Of a DNA stretch of 64,000 nucleotides, positions 1 to 13,409 are shown piece after piece. A model generated the notes under the pieces. The model saw nothing but the letters and a program-made list of their open reading frames with translations. It searched no databases and had not been told where the DNA came from. The DNA comes from Eledone cirrhosa (Eukaryota), in contig OZ024740.1 of NCBI GenBank assembly GCA_964016885.1, forward strand, positions 226,114,001-226,178,000, given 5' to 3'. A program made the translations under genes and the position numbers. Numbering within the stretch: position 1 is the stretch's first letter; every line of letters begins with the position of its first letter.

Positions 1-189
1 GCATGGCGTCCGACCCTCTACCGATACTGCCAATCCACCCTTCTTATATAAAATAATGCTTTCTACTATAGGCACAAGGCCAATAATTTTGTGAACAGGG
101 AATGATAATGATTAATATCAATCAGGATATTAATAATATCAATCATAGATTTTTATACTGGAATATAAGTTCATCATCATCATCTTCTA

Positions 190-560
190 GAAATTGTCCT
201 GCTCCATACTTGATAGAACTTATGCATGGATGCTGAGGGCTGTATTTAATATCTTCAAAAGAAATATTCTAGGTCCCATCACTGATATATCTGTAATATT
301 GCAGGAACAAAGAATGCACTTTGCTGGACACCGCTGGCGAGCAAAGCAAGAATTGTTAGTGCTCTTTTGCTTTGGGCACCTAGTTGCGGTCTGAGGTAGG
401 TTGGCCAACTGGCTTTAACTTACATCTACCAACTATGTAGAAACACAGGATGCTCTCCTAATGATCTCCCAACACTTACGCTTGATCGTGATGGATGGTG
501 TGCTAGGCTCATGAATGTCCAAGCAAGCTCAACCAGATGATGATCATCATCATCGTCATC
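190..560 (+). mobile_element. Old RTE-clade LINE 3' fragment
   Basis: Translation 'LDRTYAWMLRAVFNI...QRMHFAGHRWRAKQE' followed by a degenerate GRP-like and 'DRDGW' segment matches the RTE ORF C-terminus. Ends in (GAT)/(CAT) repeats. Confidence 0.7.
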
Positions 561-1869
561 ACTGGAAAATCTGTTGTTCCCTAGCTGCAGCATCTTTGCC
601 AATCCTGAGTAATTCTTGGCCAAAATTTTTTAATTTTCTCGAGTTCGTCTCGCCACCTGGTTTTATGGGTGCCTTGGTTTCTTGCGTGACCTTGTAGGGT
701 TGAAAAGGTGAAGTGGGTGGTCCATCTATTGTCAGTAATTCTGGCAATGTGTCCTGTCCACTTCGATTTGTTTTGTTAATGATCTCTTGGATGTTGCAAA
801 CTTTTGTTTTTTTCTCGGATCCAGTTGGTGGTTTTTCGATCTCACCATGTGATGTTTAACATGATCCTTTCATGGGCTATTTGCATTGTTCGTAGCTTTA
901 GAATTTGCTGTTTTGTTAGGTTACAAGCTTCTGATCCATATTCGACAGTCGTCAGAATACACTGATCATAAAGCTTACATTTTATTCTTGAAGATGGCAT
1001 TTGCCCTTCCAAAGGCTTGCCACCCCAGTGTGAACTTTATACTAGAATATAAGATATCTATTACTTTGAATTGTGAAAAAAAAAAATGGTATATTCTTCT
1101 TTTGACTTTCACCAACATAACCATAATTTATAAGTTAGAAAATGTATTTGTGCCAAGTTGCAGTGGGTATCACTGGCCATTGTCTGCAGGAATGCTTTTG
1201 TAGTCTTGTTGCAAGGTGCAGCCCCTCTACCGCTGCGCCCTAGGCAAGAGCACAATCATCCCCCCTCCCACTGTCTATGACACTAGAGTCCTTGCCATTC
1301 CCTCACTTTTTCATTTTTCTTTTTCTCTTTTCTCTTTTATTTTCCTATTTTACATTCCCTTTGCTCTTCTCTATCTGAATTTTCTTTTTTTTTTTTTCTA
1401 TTAAACTGTATTTACATGATATATTCCATAAATAAAGTATAACAACTATTATCACTTACCAATTATAAACAATATTGTCAAATACACACAACATAACATA
1501 TACATGATTAAAAAAGTAATGAGGAAACAATGTTGGAAGTGGGCACACTAAACCAAGGTTTGCCAATATTGTAACAAAAATACCCTGTCAGCATATTAGC
1601 AGCACAGCACATAAACGATGTTGATATTCAGTGCAAATGTTTATAAATTCTTCTGAAAAAGTAGGTGAAGAATTATTTAATTAATATATAATTAATTAAA
1701 CTTTAATTAATATGTAATTAATTAAAGTTTAATTAAAATTAGTTACATTATTAAATTCATACATTATTTCACAAGAATTAAAGGTCAGAAATGTAGAAAT
1801 ATGTTGCAAAATGCTTGGAAAGAGGAAATCTGTTGGATAGCTATACTGCACAATGAATACATTTGTAGG

Positions 1870-2210
1870 TGTATATATATGTGTGTTTATGAGTAGACAA
1901 TCTGTGTATGTGTACACGTGTATCTATGTATGCAGGTGTCTGTGTATGGGCATGTCTGTGGGTGTCTGTGTATGTGAATGTCTGTAGGTGCTTGTGTGTG
2001 TGTGTGTGTGTGTGTGGGCCTGTGCATATGTGAGTGAGCAAGTGTGTGTGCATGAGTGGATGTATGTGGGGGGGGGCATGTGTAAGCATTTGAGTGTGTG
2101 TATGTGCATGTGTGGGTATCTGAGTAAATGTGTCTGTACCTATGTGGGTGTATGTGCATGTATGTGTGTGTGCATATGTGAGTGCCTGTGACTGTGCATG
2201 TGTGTGCATT
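1870..2210. repeat. Degenerate (TG)n low-complexity tract
   Basis: Seen directly; explains the His/Thr-rich ORFs. Confidence 0.95.
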
Positions 2211-2454
2211 TGTTTTGGGGGGAGAGGGGGGGGGTTCAGTCTATAAGCTGCATGATCACATGAGTAGTGAAGTGTGAATATTTCCTTATATAGCCTAATT
2301 GTTCTTTTGCAGTTCTACTATATATCATTATATATATCGTGTTTACATCAGTTCAGCAATGCTACTTACCAAAATATGCTAACACGAATTCTAATTGCTG
2401 GATTTCATTCACACCTTCATTCTAACTCTCGTTCATCCTGCCCATTACTCCATT

Positions 2455-2460
2455 AATATA

Positions 2461-2535
<75 letters not shown>

Positions 2536-2565
2536 GTATATATATGTATATATATATTTATACAC

Positions 2566-2599
<34 letters not shown>

Positions 2600-2643
2600 A
2601 TATATATATATGTATATATATGGATATAAATATTTATACACAC

Positions 2644-2675
<32 letters not shown>

Positions 2676-2721
2676 ATATATGTATATATATGTATATATA
2701 TATGTATATATATATTTATAC

Positions 2722-2757
<36 letters not shown>

Positions 2758-2801
2758 ATATATGTATATATATGTATATATATGTATATATATATTTATA
2801 C

Positions 2802-2855
<54 letters not shown>
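2455..2855. repeat. Compound (TA)n/(TG)n microsatellite with higher-order repetition
   Basis: Repeating blocks of TA, TG and 'tatatttatacacata'. Confidence 0.95.
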
Positions 2856-2856
<1 letters not shown>

Positions 2857-3049
2857 GAGTGAGAGAGTTAATAAATGAAACAAACAAAACACAGGAGGCA
2901 ATTCTTCACTTTATATTAGCTTCACATATATATATGTATATGCTCAAATATATACACATTTATATAACATCATGACATAAATGTGTATGCACCTGCTCAC
3001 ACACACACACACGTACACATACACATGCTGACACTGCAGGCCTGTTATA

Positions 3050-3100
3050 TTCTCTCTCTGTCTTTCTCTCCATCTCTCTCTCTTTCTCTCCCTCTCTCTC

Positions 3101-3139
<39 letters not shown>

Positions 3140-3168
3140 CTCTCTCTTTCTCTCCCTCTCTCTCTCTC
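3050..3168. repeat. (CT)n microsatellite
   Basis: Seen directly. Confidence 0.95.
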
Positions 3169-3496
3169 TATGTTATGTTAAATTGTGGTACTTAAGCAAC
3201 TTATATTATTTATATTAAAATCTTATTCATCAATTTATAATTTGTTCAGATCCTTGGGGGTCAGTTCTCATAGAAAACAAACAATTGATGTTTGATGCCT
3301 CACTAATTAATTCATTATATCATGTCCTACTAGTGATTAGTGGCTGAGAAATTATCTGTAAAACAACTGAAACTCTTGTAGAGAGCTAACATATAAGATG
3401 TTCACAAATGTTATAATATATCTGTAAAGTCTATTGAAAATTATAATTTGAAAACTAAATATTAATAAATTTTTTTAATTATTCAAGAATTTGAAG

Positions 3497-3800
3497 GTGC
3501 AAGGCTGAGTGGTTAGTGCATTGGGCTTGCAATCGAATGATTGTGAGTTCGATTCTCAGACCAGATTTTGCGTTGTGTCCTATTTCACATTGCTCCTGTA
3601 AAAATGAGTTGAGACATCACTGGTGCCAAGCTGTATCGGCCATAGCCTTTCTCTTGGACATCATTGGTGGTGTGTAAAGGGGAGGCTGGTATGCATGGGC
3701 AACTGCTGGTCTACCTCAAACAACCTTTCCCAGACTTGTGCTTCGGAGGGAAACTTTCTAGGTGCAAATCACATGGTCATTCATGACCGAAGGGGGTCTT
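3497..3800 (+). mobile_element. tRNA-derived SINE family B (CORE-like). Other copies about 5480-5735(-), 11370-11700(+), 20540-20790(+), 21070-21212(-), 29330-29440(-), 53390-53690(+), 57020-57325(-)
   Basis: A-box-like 'ggctgagtggttag' and B-box-like 'gagttcgattc'; shared core 'tgtgttcttgagcaaaacact..atttcacattgctcc' across copies. Confidence 0.8.
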
Positions 3801-4259
3801 TGATATTAAACAACTAAAATTAACTGTTTTATGAGCAATTACTTTGTCCCTTCCAGCAGCGCCCTACCAACCCCTTAACTTGTAGGGCCCTCTTGCATCT
3901 CCCAGCACCTCCAGAGAAGCAGTAGTCCTCATTTTGGGAATAAACAGATTTATAATGGTTTCTGCAATGAATGTTCCAGGTGTTGAGACAACAGAATGGC
4001 ACAGCCCTTAAATTAACAGGAAAGGGGCTAAGTAATCCATATTTAATGATATGAAACAAAGACACAGAGACAAACACAGACATACAAATGCATACAATTG
4101 TGAAACCAGTAAAGTTATAAGTTATTGTAAATAAACCTTTTTAAAAACTCCAATTGCATTTTCAATGTCTTTTTTCCAATATTTTTCCCCATGTGGGATA
4201 CATGAAAAACCTTACTTTCAAATAAGAACCGATAAGGTCTGGTTTCTGGGGTATGTTAC

Positions 4260-4360
4260 TATTTATAAAACAAATTTTGTATTTTATCTGATGAGAGCAT
4301 ACCAAAGTTTTTGGTACCCTTGAAATATATATAATAAAATAAATATGGTTTTATAAATAT
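4260..4360 (+). ncRNA. Minimal type I hammerhead ribozyme motif (Penelope-like pLTR type)
   Basis: tattttat-CTGATGA-stem II (taccaaa/tttggta)-GAAA-t-atat-a-TA-ataaaata. 8-bp stem I plus a distal 12-bp extension tatttataaaac/gttttataaata. Confidence 0.75.
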
Positions 4361-4472
4361 AGGTTTCCAGTTATTAATATCGTTAATATTATACTCCAGG
4401 AAAATCTGTTGAGTACTTTGAATCTGTTATAAATAAATTTGTTGAATTACCAACAAATTAAACATCTCTTTG

Positions 4473-4528
<56 letters not shown>

Positions 4529-4539
4529 TATATATATAC

Positions 4540-4575
<36 letters not shown>

Positions 4576-4576
<1 letters not shown>

Positions 4577-4823
4577 GGTGTTACGACAAAAAAACACACA
4601 GTCCACGCTGTAATGTGGCCGTGTAGGCAACACGGTAAAAACCTCCCAGACCCACACTGTAAATGTGGTTGGTGTTAGGAAGGGCATCCAACTGTAGAAA
4701 ACCTGCCAGACAGTCCTATGCGAGCAAGAAAATCACTCTTGCCTCAAGTGGGACTACCCCCGTCCAAACCCATGCAAGCGTGGAACACGGACGTTAAACG
4801 TTGATGATGATGATGATGATGAT
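4576..4823 (+). mobile_element. RTE LINE 3'UTR-only insertion with (GAT)n tail, next to (TA)n
   Basis: Nearly identical to 47268-47515, the 3'UTR of an RTE ORF copy. Confidence 0.9.
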
Positions 4824-4896
4824 ATATATAAAGTTACAATTTTGTCTTTCGCTCTAACATAGCTGGATGCATCAATGTATTTGTGAGTTTTATATC

Positions 4897-4927
<31 letters not shown>

Positions 4928-4930
<3 letters not shown>

Positions 4931-5106
4931 TGTTTCTACTTTTGGCACAAGGCCAGCAATTACCCAGTGCATTATTGGTACTTTATTTTATCGACGCTGT
5001 AAGGATGAAAGGCAAAGTTAACCTCAGCGGGATTTGAACTCAGATTGACAAGGGCCATAACTCTATGCGTTAAAGCAGGGCGTCCGACCCTCTACCGATA
5101 CTGCCA

Positions 5107-5110
<4 letters not shown>
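4928..5110 (-). mobile_element. tRNA-derived SINE family A. Other copies about 1-85(-), 8878-9068(+), 9075-9285(+), 12648-12830(-), 21760-21900(+), 25335-25523(+), 30590-30760(-), 56700-56850(+), 62745-62930(+)
   Basis: Consensus 'ttggcagtatcggtagag..gagttcaaatcc..ttaactttgcctttcatcctt..ggggtcgataaaataaagtaccag..ggccttgtgccaaaagtagaaac' with A/B boxes and (ATT)n tail. Confidence 0.85.
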
Positions 5111-5151
<41 letters not shown>

Positions 5152-6450
5152 TTTTATTCACTTGCAAGCAAACTGCCTCATTGGGCTATGTTATTTAGAT
5201 GACCCTTTTGTTCTAACAGTTATTTCAAGGTTATTGCCCTTTGTCAAGATTGTGTGTCTTTCTACCACTTGCTAGAACTCTTGAAAATATATTTTTTCTA
5301 AAGTATACATCTGCTGATTAGCCTTATTTGCAGCTGTAACCTAAAACTATGTGAATGTAAAGAAAAAGTCTTAACCATAGAGACATGCTTGCAAATCGAA
5401 CTTGAAATTATGTGATTGCAAAATGAAATTCTTAAACACAGCAAAAAAGGTCTAAAGACTATCTCAAACCAAAAGACTCATTAGGCCACTGCTTATCCCA
5501 GTTTCATCATGTGAACCAACTGAGAGTACAACACTCCCTGTTGGACAGGATGCCAGTCAATTGTAGGATTTACCCCCAGCTATTGCTGGTATTCATATTT
5601 GGCTGAGTACACTGGAGCAACATGAAATGATGTGTTTTGCTCCATAACACAACATGCTATCAAGACGAGGAATTGAACCCACAACATTATGATTGTAAGC
5701 CTAATACCCTTATCACTAGGCCATGCGCCTCCACAGCACAGCTAACATCTATTGTTATATCTTTTCTTTACACACTATATATCATAGTTTCATTGAAATA
5801 TTATCAGCAATGAGGATCAAAGAAGCAAAACTGTAAAAACTGTAAAAATAATTTGGTTAATCCAACTGATCAAGCTAATCTAGGCACATTTGATCAGCTA
5901 AGCTGAAGAAACTTTATATTAGTGTCTTTTGTAGTTCTTGCAAAAGAAATATAATCCTCAACACTGGCAAAGCATTTTAATATTTTATGATACAAAAGGA
6001 AGGAACTGATTTGCATAATGACTTTGATGTTAGCATAGAATTTGCATTAATGAATGCATTTCCAAGATATCCACTTTCAACTGCTTCTAGATATCACAAA
6101 TAACTACAAACTTCATTCGATTTCATGGCTTTAATATGGTTTTCAAATTCTCTTCTTCATTTTTCTCTCCTTTTCTTTTCTCTCCTTTCCCTTTCTCTCC
6201 TTTCCCTTTCTCTCCTTCACTTTCTCTTCTTTCCTTTTCTCTTATTTCTCTCATATATTATATATTTCTGCTTCTATAGGTAGTTTATATACAAGCACAC
6301 ACAGGTACGTACATAAATATATACATCCATTTCAATGTTTATTGTTTGTGTGTATGGGTATGCAAATTTACACATTTATGTCTACATATACATATTGATA
6401 TGTGTTGATACATACCAGTGTATAATATATAATACACACATACACACACA

Positions 6451-6491
<41 letters not shown>

Positions 6492-7332
6492 TTGTGTGTG
6501 TGTGTGTGTGCCAGTTTGTGTGTATATATATATATATATATATATACATATATATGTATATATACAAGTGAAAACATACAGGTAACCTATATGTCTCAGC
6601 TTGTTGCATTAAATACTGCAATTTCTATATTGCAAACAAAAATAGAGAGATAGATAGAGAAAGGTGAGTGGGAGGGAAGGGGGAAAGGTAAAAGAGATCA
6701 GGGGGGGGGGGTAAAAGAGAGAGGGGGAGGGAGAAAGGTAAGAGAGAGAGAGATGGTGGAGAGAAAATTAAGAGAGAGCACGAGAGAGGAGGAGTTAAAA
6801 GAGAGAGAGAAGGTAAGGGAGAAAGATCAGAGAGGGAGGGAGAAACGTAAGAGAGAGAGGGAGCAAGTAAAGAGAGATAGGTGTATATAGTAAGAAAAAG
6901 CAGGAGGAAATTTGACAGGAAATAGTGTTGGAGTTTCTTTATATTTAGAAATAGGAATAATTTATAACTTCTCTCGAAACAGGAATAATTTATAAGTTGT
7001 ATCCTATCAGTTTGCTACAGAAGAAATATCAAAATTGGTCAGTCTCATGCCAGAGTAAACATAATGTGTATTTCTATTTGTGTATCTATTTCCCTCCTGA
7101 AGCTATATGTGGGACAGGTGAAAAAATGGTTGAGGATTTACTATGTTGTATAACAGTGAAATATGGAATGAGAAGAATCAACGGATCTGAAGCAGCTACA
7201 GGGAATTTGGATGATTCTAGATTGTTTGATGTGCAACAGAAAACTGTAATATATATATATATTTAAAAGCATAATATATGTGTGTATATATATATATATA
7301 TATACACACATATATTATATTTCAGAAACGAA

Positions 7333-7370
<38 letters not shown>

Positions 7371-7424
7371 CGTTTCTGAATTTGTTTAGCAAGATTCTTT
7401 ATCTGAAATCGTGTGTTGAAACCG

Positions 7425-8324
7425 ATATTGTTATACTTTGGGAGGGTCATGTTGCCAATAAGAAACACACGCACCAGTTGCTTTCACTTCAATTTATTAT
7501 ATATTTATAAATCTATAAATTTACAAATTTACAAACCTATAAATTTCTGGTTGGTTGGTTGGTTCCACAACCAGATAGTTGTTTATATACAGTCATAGTC
7601 CTTTCGTCACACACTCTGTGACCTCTTCAGTGACTGGGGATTCCTTTCTTCGTTTCTGTGCCTTTCCTTTCTTCTATCCTACGCCATTTTGTTTCTGTGT
7701 GAGTGGAACAGCAACATCACAACTTACAATTAAGGACAAAATGAAAACACACACACACATAGAACAAACAACTTACAATTAAGGACAAAATGAAAACACA
7801 CACAAAATGAAAACACACACAGGACAAAATGAAAACACACACACACATAGAACAAACAACTTACAATTAAGGACAAAATGAAAACACACACAAAATGAAA
7901 ACACACACAGGACAAAATGAAAACACACACACACATAGAACAAACAACCAACCAACAATAAATAAATAAATAAATAAACAAATAGAAAAATGAACACAAA
8001 CACACACAGACACCCGGATGTGGCGCATGCGCAAACTGAGCACACAACACACACACAGAAACAAAATGGCATAGGATAGAAGAAAGGAAAGGCACAGAAA
8101 CGAAGAAAGGAATCCTCAGTCACTGAAGAGGTCACAGAGTGTGTGACGAAAGGACTATGACTATATATAAACAACTATCTGGTTGTGGAACCAACCAACC
8201 AACCAGAAATTTATAGGTTTGTAAATTTGTAAATTTATAGATTTATAAATATATAATAAATTGAAGTGAAAGCAACTGGTGCGTGTGTTTCTTATTGTCA
8301 ACATGACCCTCCCAAAGTATAACA

Positions 8325-8327
<3 letters not shown>
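7425..8327. mobile_element. Penelope-like element remnant: about 275-bp inverted repeat (7425-7701 / 8052-8327), each arm carrying a hammerhead motif
   Basis: The arms are near-perfect reverse complements, with (TA)n tracts on both sides. HHR core at 8117-8163(+) and 7590-7636(-). Confidence 0.7.
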
Positions 8328-8416
<89 letters not shown>

Positions 8417-8489
8417 TATGTGTGTGTATATATATATATATATATTTAAAAGCATAATATATACATATAATATATATGTGTATATATAT

Positions 8490-8645
8490 AGATAGATTTC
8501 TTTAGGGCGCAACAAGAAAAGGGGACAATACAAAGACATGCCGGGGATTTTACATACAGTCGTGTAAAAAATATAAAAACAAACAATTTCAACAATCGAA
8601 ATTCCCAATAGGGGGGAGGCGCCACATATAGATAGATAGATAGAT
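8490..8645 (-). mobile_element. 3'-terminal fragment of the Tx1/L1 family, flanked by GATA repeats
   Basis: Closely matches 15615-15760 (gggacaatacaaagacatgc..ggattttacata..gtcgtgtaaaaaatataaaaac). Confidence 0.85.
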
Positions 8646-11320
8646 TTAAAAGCATAATATGAAAACACATATAGACATATATAATATGTTAACATACAGT
8701 AAACATATGGGTAGCCTCGCTGCTGTAAGAAAATATTTTTATTATTTGCTGATTCCACCCTTTTATTTCGTATAAATCCATTTCTGTTTCTTCTTGTTCT
8801 ATGTGTTTCATTCACATGCTTCCATCAATGTGTTGGGACCTTGTGTCTAACAAAAGAAATTATCATCATTATCAAGGGCGGTTGATTGGCAGTATCGGTA
8901 GAGAGTCGGACGCCATGCTTTGCAGCAAAGAGTTACATCCCTTTATGGTCTGAGTTCAAATCCTGCCAAGGTTAACTTTGCCTTTCATTCTAATGGCGTC
9001 GATAAAATAAAGTACCAGTAATACACTGGAACAATTGCTGGCCTTGTGCCAAAAGTAGAAACAATTATCATTGTCGATTGGCAGTATCAGTAGAGCGTTG
9101 GACACCATGCTTTGTGGCATTGAATTGTTGTTCTTTTCGTTCTGAATTCAAATCCTGCTGAACTTAGCTTTGCCATTCATCTTTTTGGGGTCGATAAAAT
9201 AAAGTATCAGTAACACACTGGGGTTGATTTAATCGACTTTCCTCTTCTCCCAAAATTGTTGGCCTTCTGCCTAAATCAGAAACTATTATTTCTTCAATAG
9301 TTCCATATAAGTTTCAACTGCATCGGCAGGTGCATCACAGTGTTCCTAAAGTGTGTGTACTGTTGTGTGTTCTTATAATGGGATGTGGTAGGGGCAATAG
9401 ATTCCTATTAGTATACTGCATGAGTCTTGTCTGTGCTATTTTAGTGGGAGTTTTCTGTTGTGTAGTGTATGTGTAATGCGAGTTGTGTTATTTTTGATAA
9501 TAAATATAATCTGTATGCATTGTGTAATCGGTGATATGCTTCTCAATCATGGGTATATGCTTTGTAGGTGTAAATGTTGTATAGTAGACATGTCTAAATT
9601 CTTTGAAGACAGGAATCCTCTTCTCTGGTCAAGCCTTCTTCAACTTCTTCAAGTCCCACTTGAAGTGGAACATGATGGTAGAGAGAGAGATGTTACTTTC
9701 TAGTGTTTCCTGAAAGATGGGTAAGATCAGCTAGATTGAAGAGGCTGAATGTTATCTACTCCATGCTTTTCTAAACAGAAGGAAAGAAATTGTAAGAGGG
9801 TCCTTGTAATGCCCTTGATGCAACAGTCATTCATAGGTTCTTTTACGCATGCTTTCCTTGAAATTACCCTAATATGTTGTCATCTCCTTCTATTTGGGAA
9901 CTTTTCTTGATGACTTTTATCATACTTTTATTATCATTACTAATTATTTCCATTATTGCTATATCTGCTATTTTCTCTTTACTTGAGGTAAACCCTAGTG
10001 TTATTTTTTTAGCCTTGTATTGTCCCCAAATGTGTGCATTCCCTTCTTTAGTTTAGATATAAACTGTAGTTCACATATAAACTCTCATATCCTTACGGGG
10101 TCGATAAAATAAAGTACCAGTAATGCACTGGAATAATTGCTGGCCTTGTTCCAAAAGTAGAAACAATTATTAGTCAATTTATGGTTTTAGGTCATTCATA
10201 TTTAAAATTTTCAAATTCTCTCAATGCTTCATAAATTGCAAAGATTATTATTGTTATTATTTTTAAAACTGATCCATGCTGTTCCATCTTGTGCCATTTA
10301 ATTATTGCCCTGAGGTTCTGAGTTCAAATCCTGTCAACGTTAGCTTTGCCTATATATATATGTGTGTGTGTGGTGTGTGTGTGTGTTAGGTAGATGTGTA
10401 ACTATGGTTATAGGTGGCATGCAATTTGAAGCACTAAATGCTGTTACAAGGTCTGTATTGTGGTGGGTTGTATTCTAGAGTTAAGGCGGCTGTAGTTTAG
10501 ATATAAACTGTAGTTCACATATAAACTCTCATATCCGAGATATCCAAGAAGAGATAGGCCCCAGATTATGTTCGTACTTTGAGCTGATCAATATTGAAAC
10601 AATTGTAATGTACCAATAAAGTCTGTACATATGCTGCAACACTGACTTCAATTCTACTTACTCTAGATGTGTGTGTGTGTACATATGTAGGTATCAATAA
10701 TTCATAGTAGTGAGAGTATAAATGAGGTTGAACATTTTTCAGGAAGCTACTAGCTGCATGGGACATTAAAACTTTATAAAATTCAAACAAATGCATATAT
10801 AGATTTCTGAAAAGTTCATTGGAAAATACAAACCCAAATTTACTTTTACATTGTGATGCAAATAAAAAACACTGAACTAGACACTATAAAGTATTCAGTT
10901 CAGTGTTATGTTGTCTCAGCAATTTCTACAAATATTGTGAAATAATTATAGATAGATTTCAGAAAATGTCTCTCTATTTTGCTTTATGCTTATCATGTCT
11001 GTTTGAGATAATAACGCAAAGTTTTATTCCACTCACATACAAATGGCAATGTTATTGATTTTAGAGGTAGGGAAAAATATAAGTTGTGGTGGTAACATTC
11101 ATTCCATTCTCATTTTATGAAGGGATTATAGATATAGGCATGGCTGTGTAGCTACGATTCTAGCTTCAGAATCAAATGATTTTGGTGTCTATCTTACTTC
11201 ATAAAAACCAGATCCAATGTTTCCTAATATAGATATGGGCTGACCAATGACATGTATGTAAATTTCTGTGATGGAAATTGTATAAAGACCATCATATATA
11301 TATGTGTGTGTTTAAAAATC

Positions 11321-11362
<42 letters not shown>

Positions 11363-11694
11363 ATGTGTGTGGAGGCACTTGGCTCAGTAATTAGTGTTGA
11401 GCTCACAATTATATGCTTGTGAGTTTGAATTGCGAACCGGGCTGTGTGTTGTGCTCTTGAACAAAACACTTTATTCCACATTGCTCTAGTTTACTCAGCT
11501 GTAGAAATGAGTTGTGACATCACATGCCAAGCTGTATTGGACATTGTATTTCCCTTGGACAACATTAGTGTGGAGAGGAGAGATTGGCATGCCTGGGTGA
11601 TTGCTAGTCTTATACAAACTCATCCTGTCCAGGTTTGTGCCTCAGAGGGGAACTTTCATGGTGCAAAACCAAGGTCATTCATGACTGAAGGGAG

Positions 11695-11739
<45 letters not shown>

Positions 11740-11901
11740 CAAACTTAGTGTAAATATTTAAGGGTTTAGAACACTCAGTCCATAGGACAAGTTATGTATA
11801 ATCAGTTACAACAGTGGCATATATGGGTACTTAAATTTCGTTGGGTTGTTTATCCCAACTCATTCATCTCTCATAATAACAATGGCCATTGTAATTGATT
11901 G

Positions 11902-11972
<71 letters not shown>

Positions 11973-12457
11973 TTCTGTGACATTGCTACACAGTTGAAAT
12001 CACTAGTGCAGGTGGTGACACTTTTTATGTTTTACAAAAACAGAAGTACTACAGCTCAGCAACAGACATGTGAAGTTTCATACCTTACATAAAAAAACAT
12101 ACAAACAAATTAAATCAAGAGAGGATTGACATCAGAAAATACATCCAGGTGTAGAATTCTTCCTCAAAAGACCTCATCCAACCCATTCCAGTAAGGAAAG
12201 AAATGGATGTAAAAAGCGATGACAATGATGGTGGGAGTAGTAAAGATGATGATTATGGTGGCGGTGGGTGCAGTAGTTGACATGAAATGAAATAAAATAA
12301 ATTAAATGGCCAGCTCACACTTATACACGTTTAGCTTGCCTCCAATAAGGTTTCATCTCACAAGAAATTTTAAGGTTATGAGTTTTCATAGCATATGTAT
12401 TGAAATGATAAAGTACCAAGACCTATCATAAAAAGCAATGTGAAATGAAGCATTTAC

Positions 12458-12635
12458 TTAACTCTGTAGCATTTAAACCGGCCGTGTCCAGCCAGAATTC
12501 TCTCACCTCTTTCTGTTCAAACCAGCTGCAACTGGCCCCTCATACCGACTTTAAGGTATTATTCTCAAAATAAATAATATCAAAATCTCATAGATTCAAT
12601 ATTATGTCAGATAATTATGTGAGAAAACATTTACC
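12458..12635 (+). mobile_element. piggyBac-type MITE fragment
   Basis: Begins 'ttaactctgtagcatttaaaccggcc', resembling a TTAA-CCC piggyBac terminus; the other end is not seen. Confidence 0.45.
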
Positions 12636-13409
12636 ATAAAAATATAATTGTTTCTACAATAGTCACAAGGCCACCAATTATCCCAGTGTATTAGTGGTAC
12701 TTTATTTTATCGACCCCCGTTAGGATGAAAAGCAAAGTTAACCTCAACAGGATTTGAACTCAGAATGGCAAGGGCCATAACTCTATGCGTCAAAGCATGG
12801 CGTCCAACCCTCTACCGATACTGCCAATTCACAAATATAATAGTATATATAAATAATGTAAACACTATGTATCACCTTGGTCAGTGATCACACTTATGTC
12901 TTTACAATTGTGCATTGAACACTGTGACCATTTATTAGGCCACGCACATCATGGTCATTCAGTTAGTGGTCATGGTGATAATGATGATGATAATAATAAT
13001 AATAATGACGATGATGATCATGATGGTCATGATGATGGTCATTACAACTGGAATTTGAAAACTGATCACAGATTTTGTAGTCTAAGAAAGAATTCACTTT
13101 CTAATCTTATCCTCATATTCTCTTATTTCCAAAGTGAAGTCCCAAAAGAAAAGAAAACAAAAACAAAAACATAACTTCATAATCTCCATCCAACCTTTGT
13201 CCTAGCAGTGTCTCAATTTGTTGATTAACCATAAATCTTTTGTCTGCTAGTTGATAGATTTATCTATCTTACACAAATATCCTCCACAGGGGGATATTTT
13301 TCACAATTCACCATTTTCCAGCATCCATACAACATGACACACTAGAGGATATTTTAGATACTCTACTATATAGTAAAATCTGTCATATGCTGCAGACTGT
13401 ATTCTCCCT

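Noticed and set aside
1841-3195. Many YI/CV/HT/ER-rich ORFs here and at other microsatellites
   Set aside because: They are translations of dinucleotide repeats.
6997-7266. 89-aa ORF with a protein-like middle section
   Set aside because: Weak acceptor (gaag) and donor, no recognisable motif, runs into (TA)n.
9300-10050. Strand-biased segments (also 560-880 and 19620-20330) resembling decayed retroelement ORFs on the minus strand
   Set aside because: Multiple stops and no diagnostic motif that I could identify, so left unannotated.
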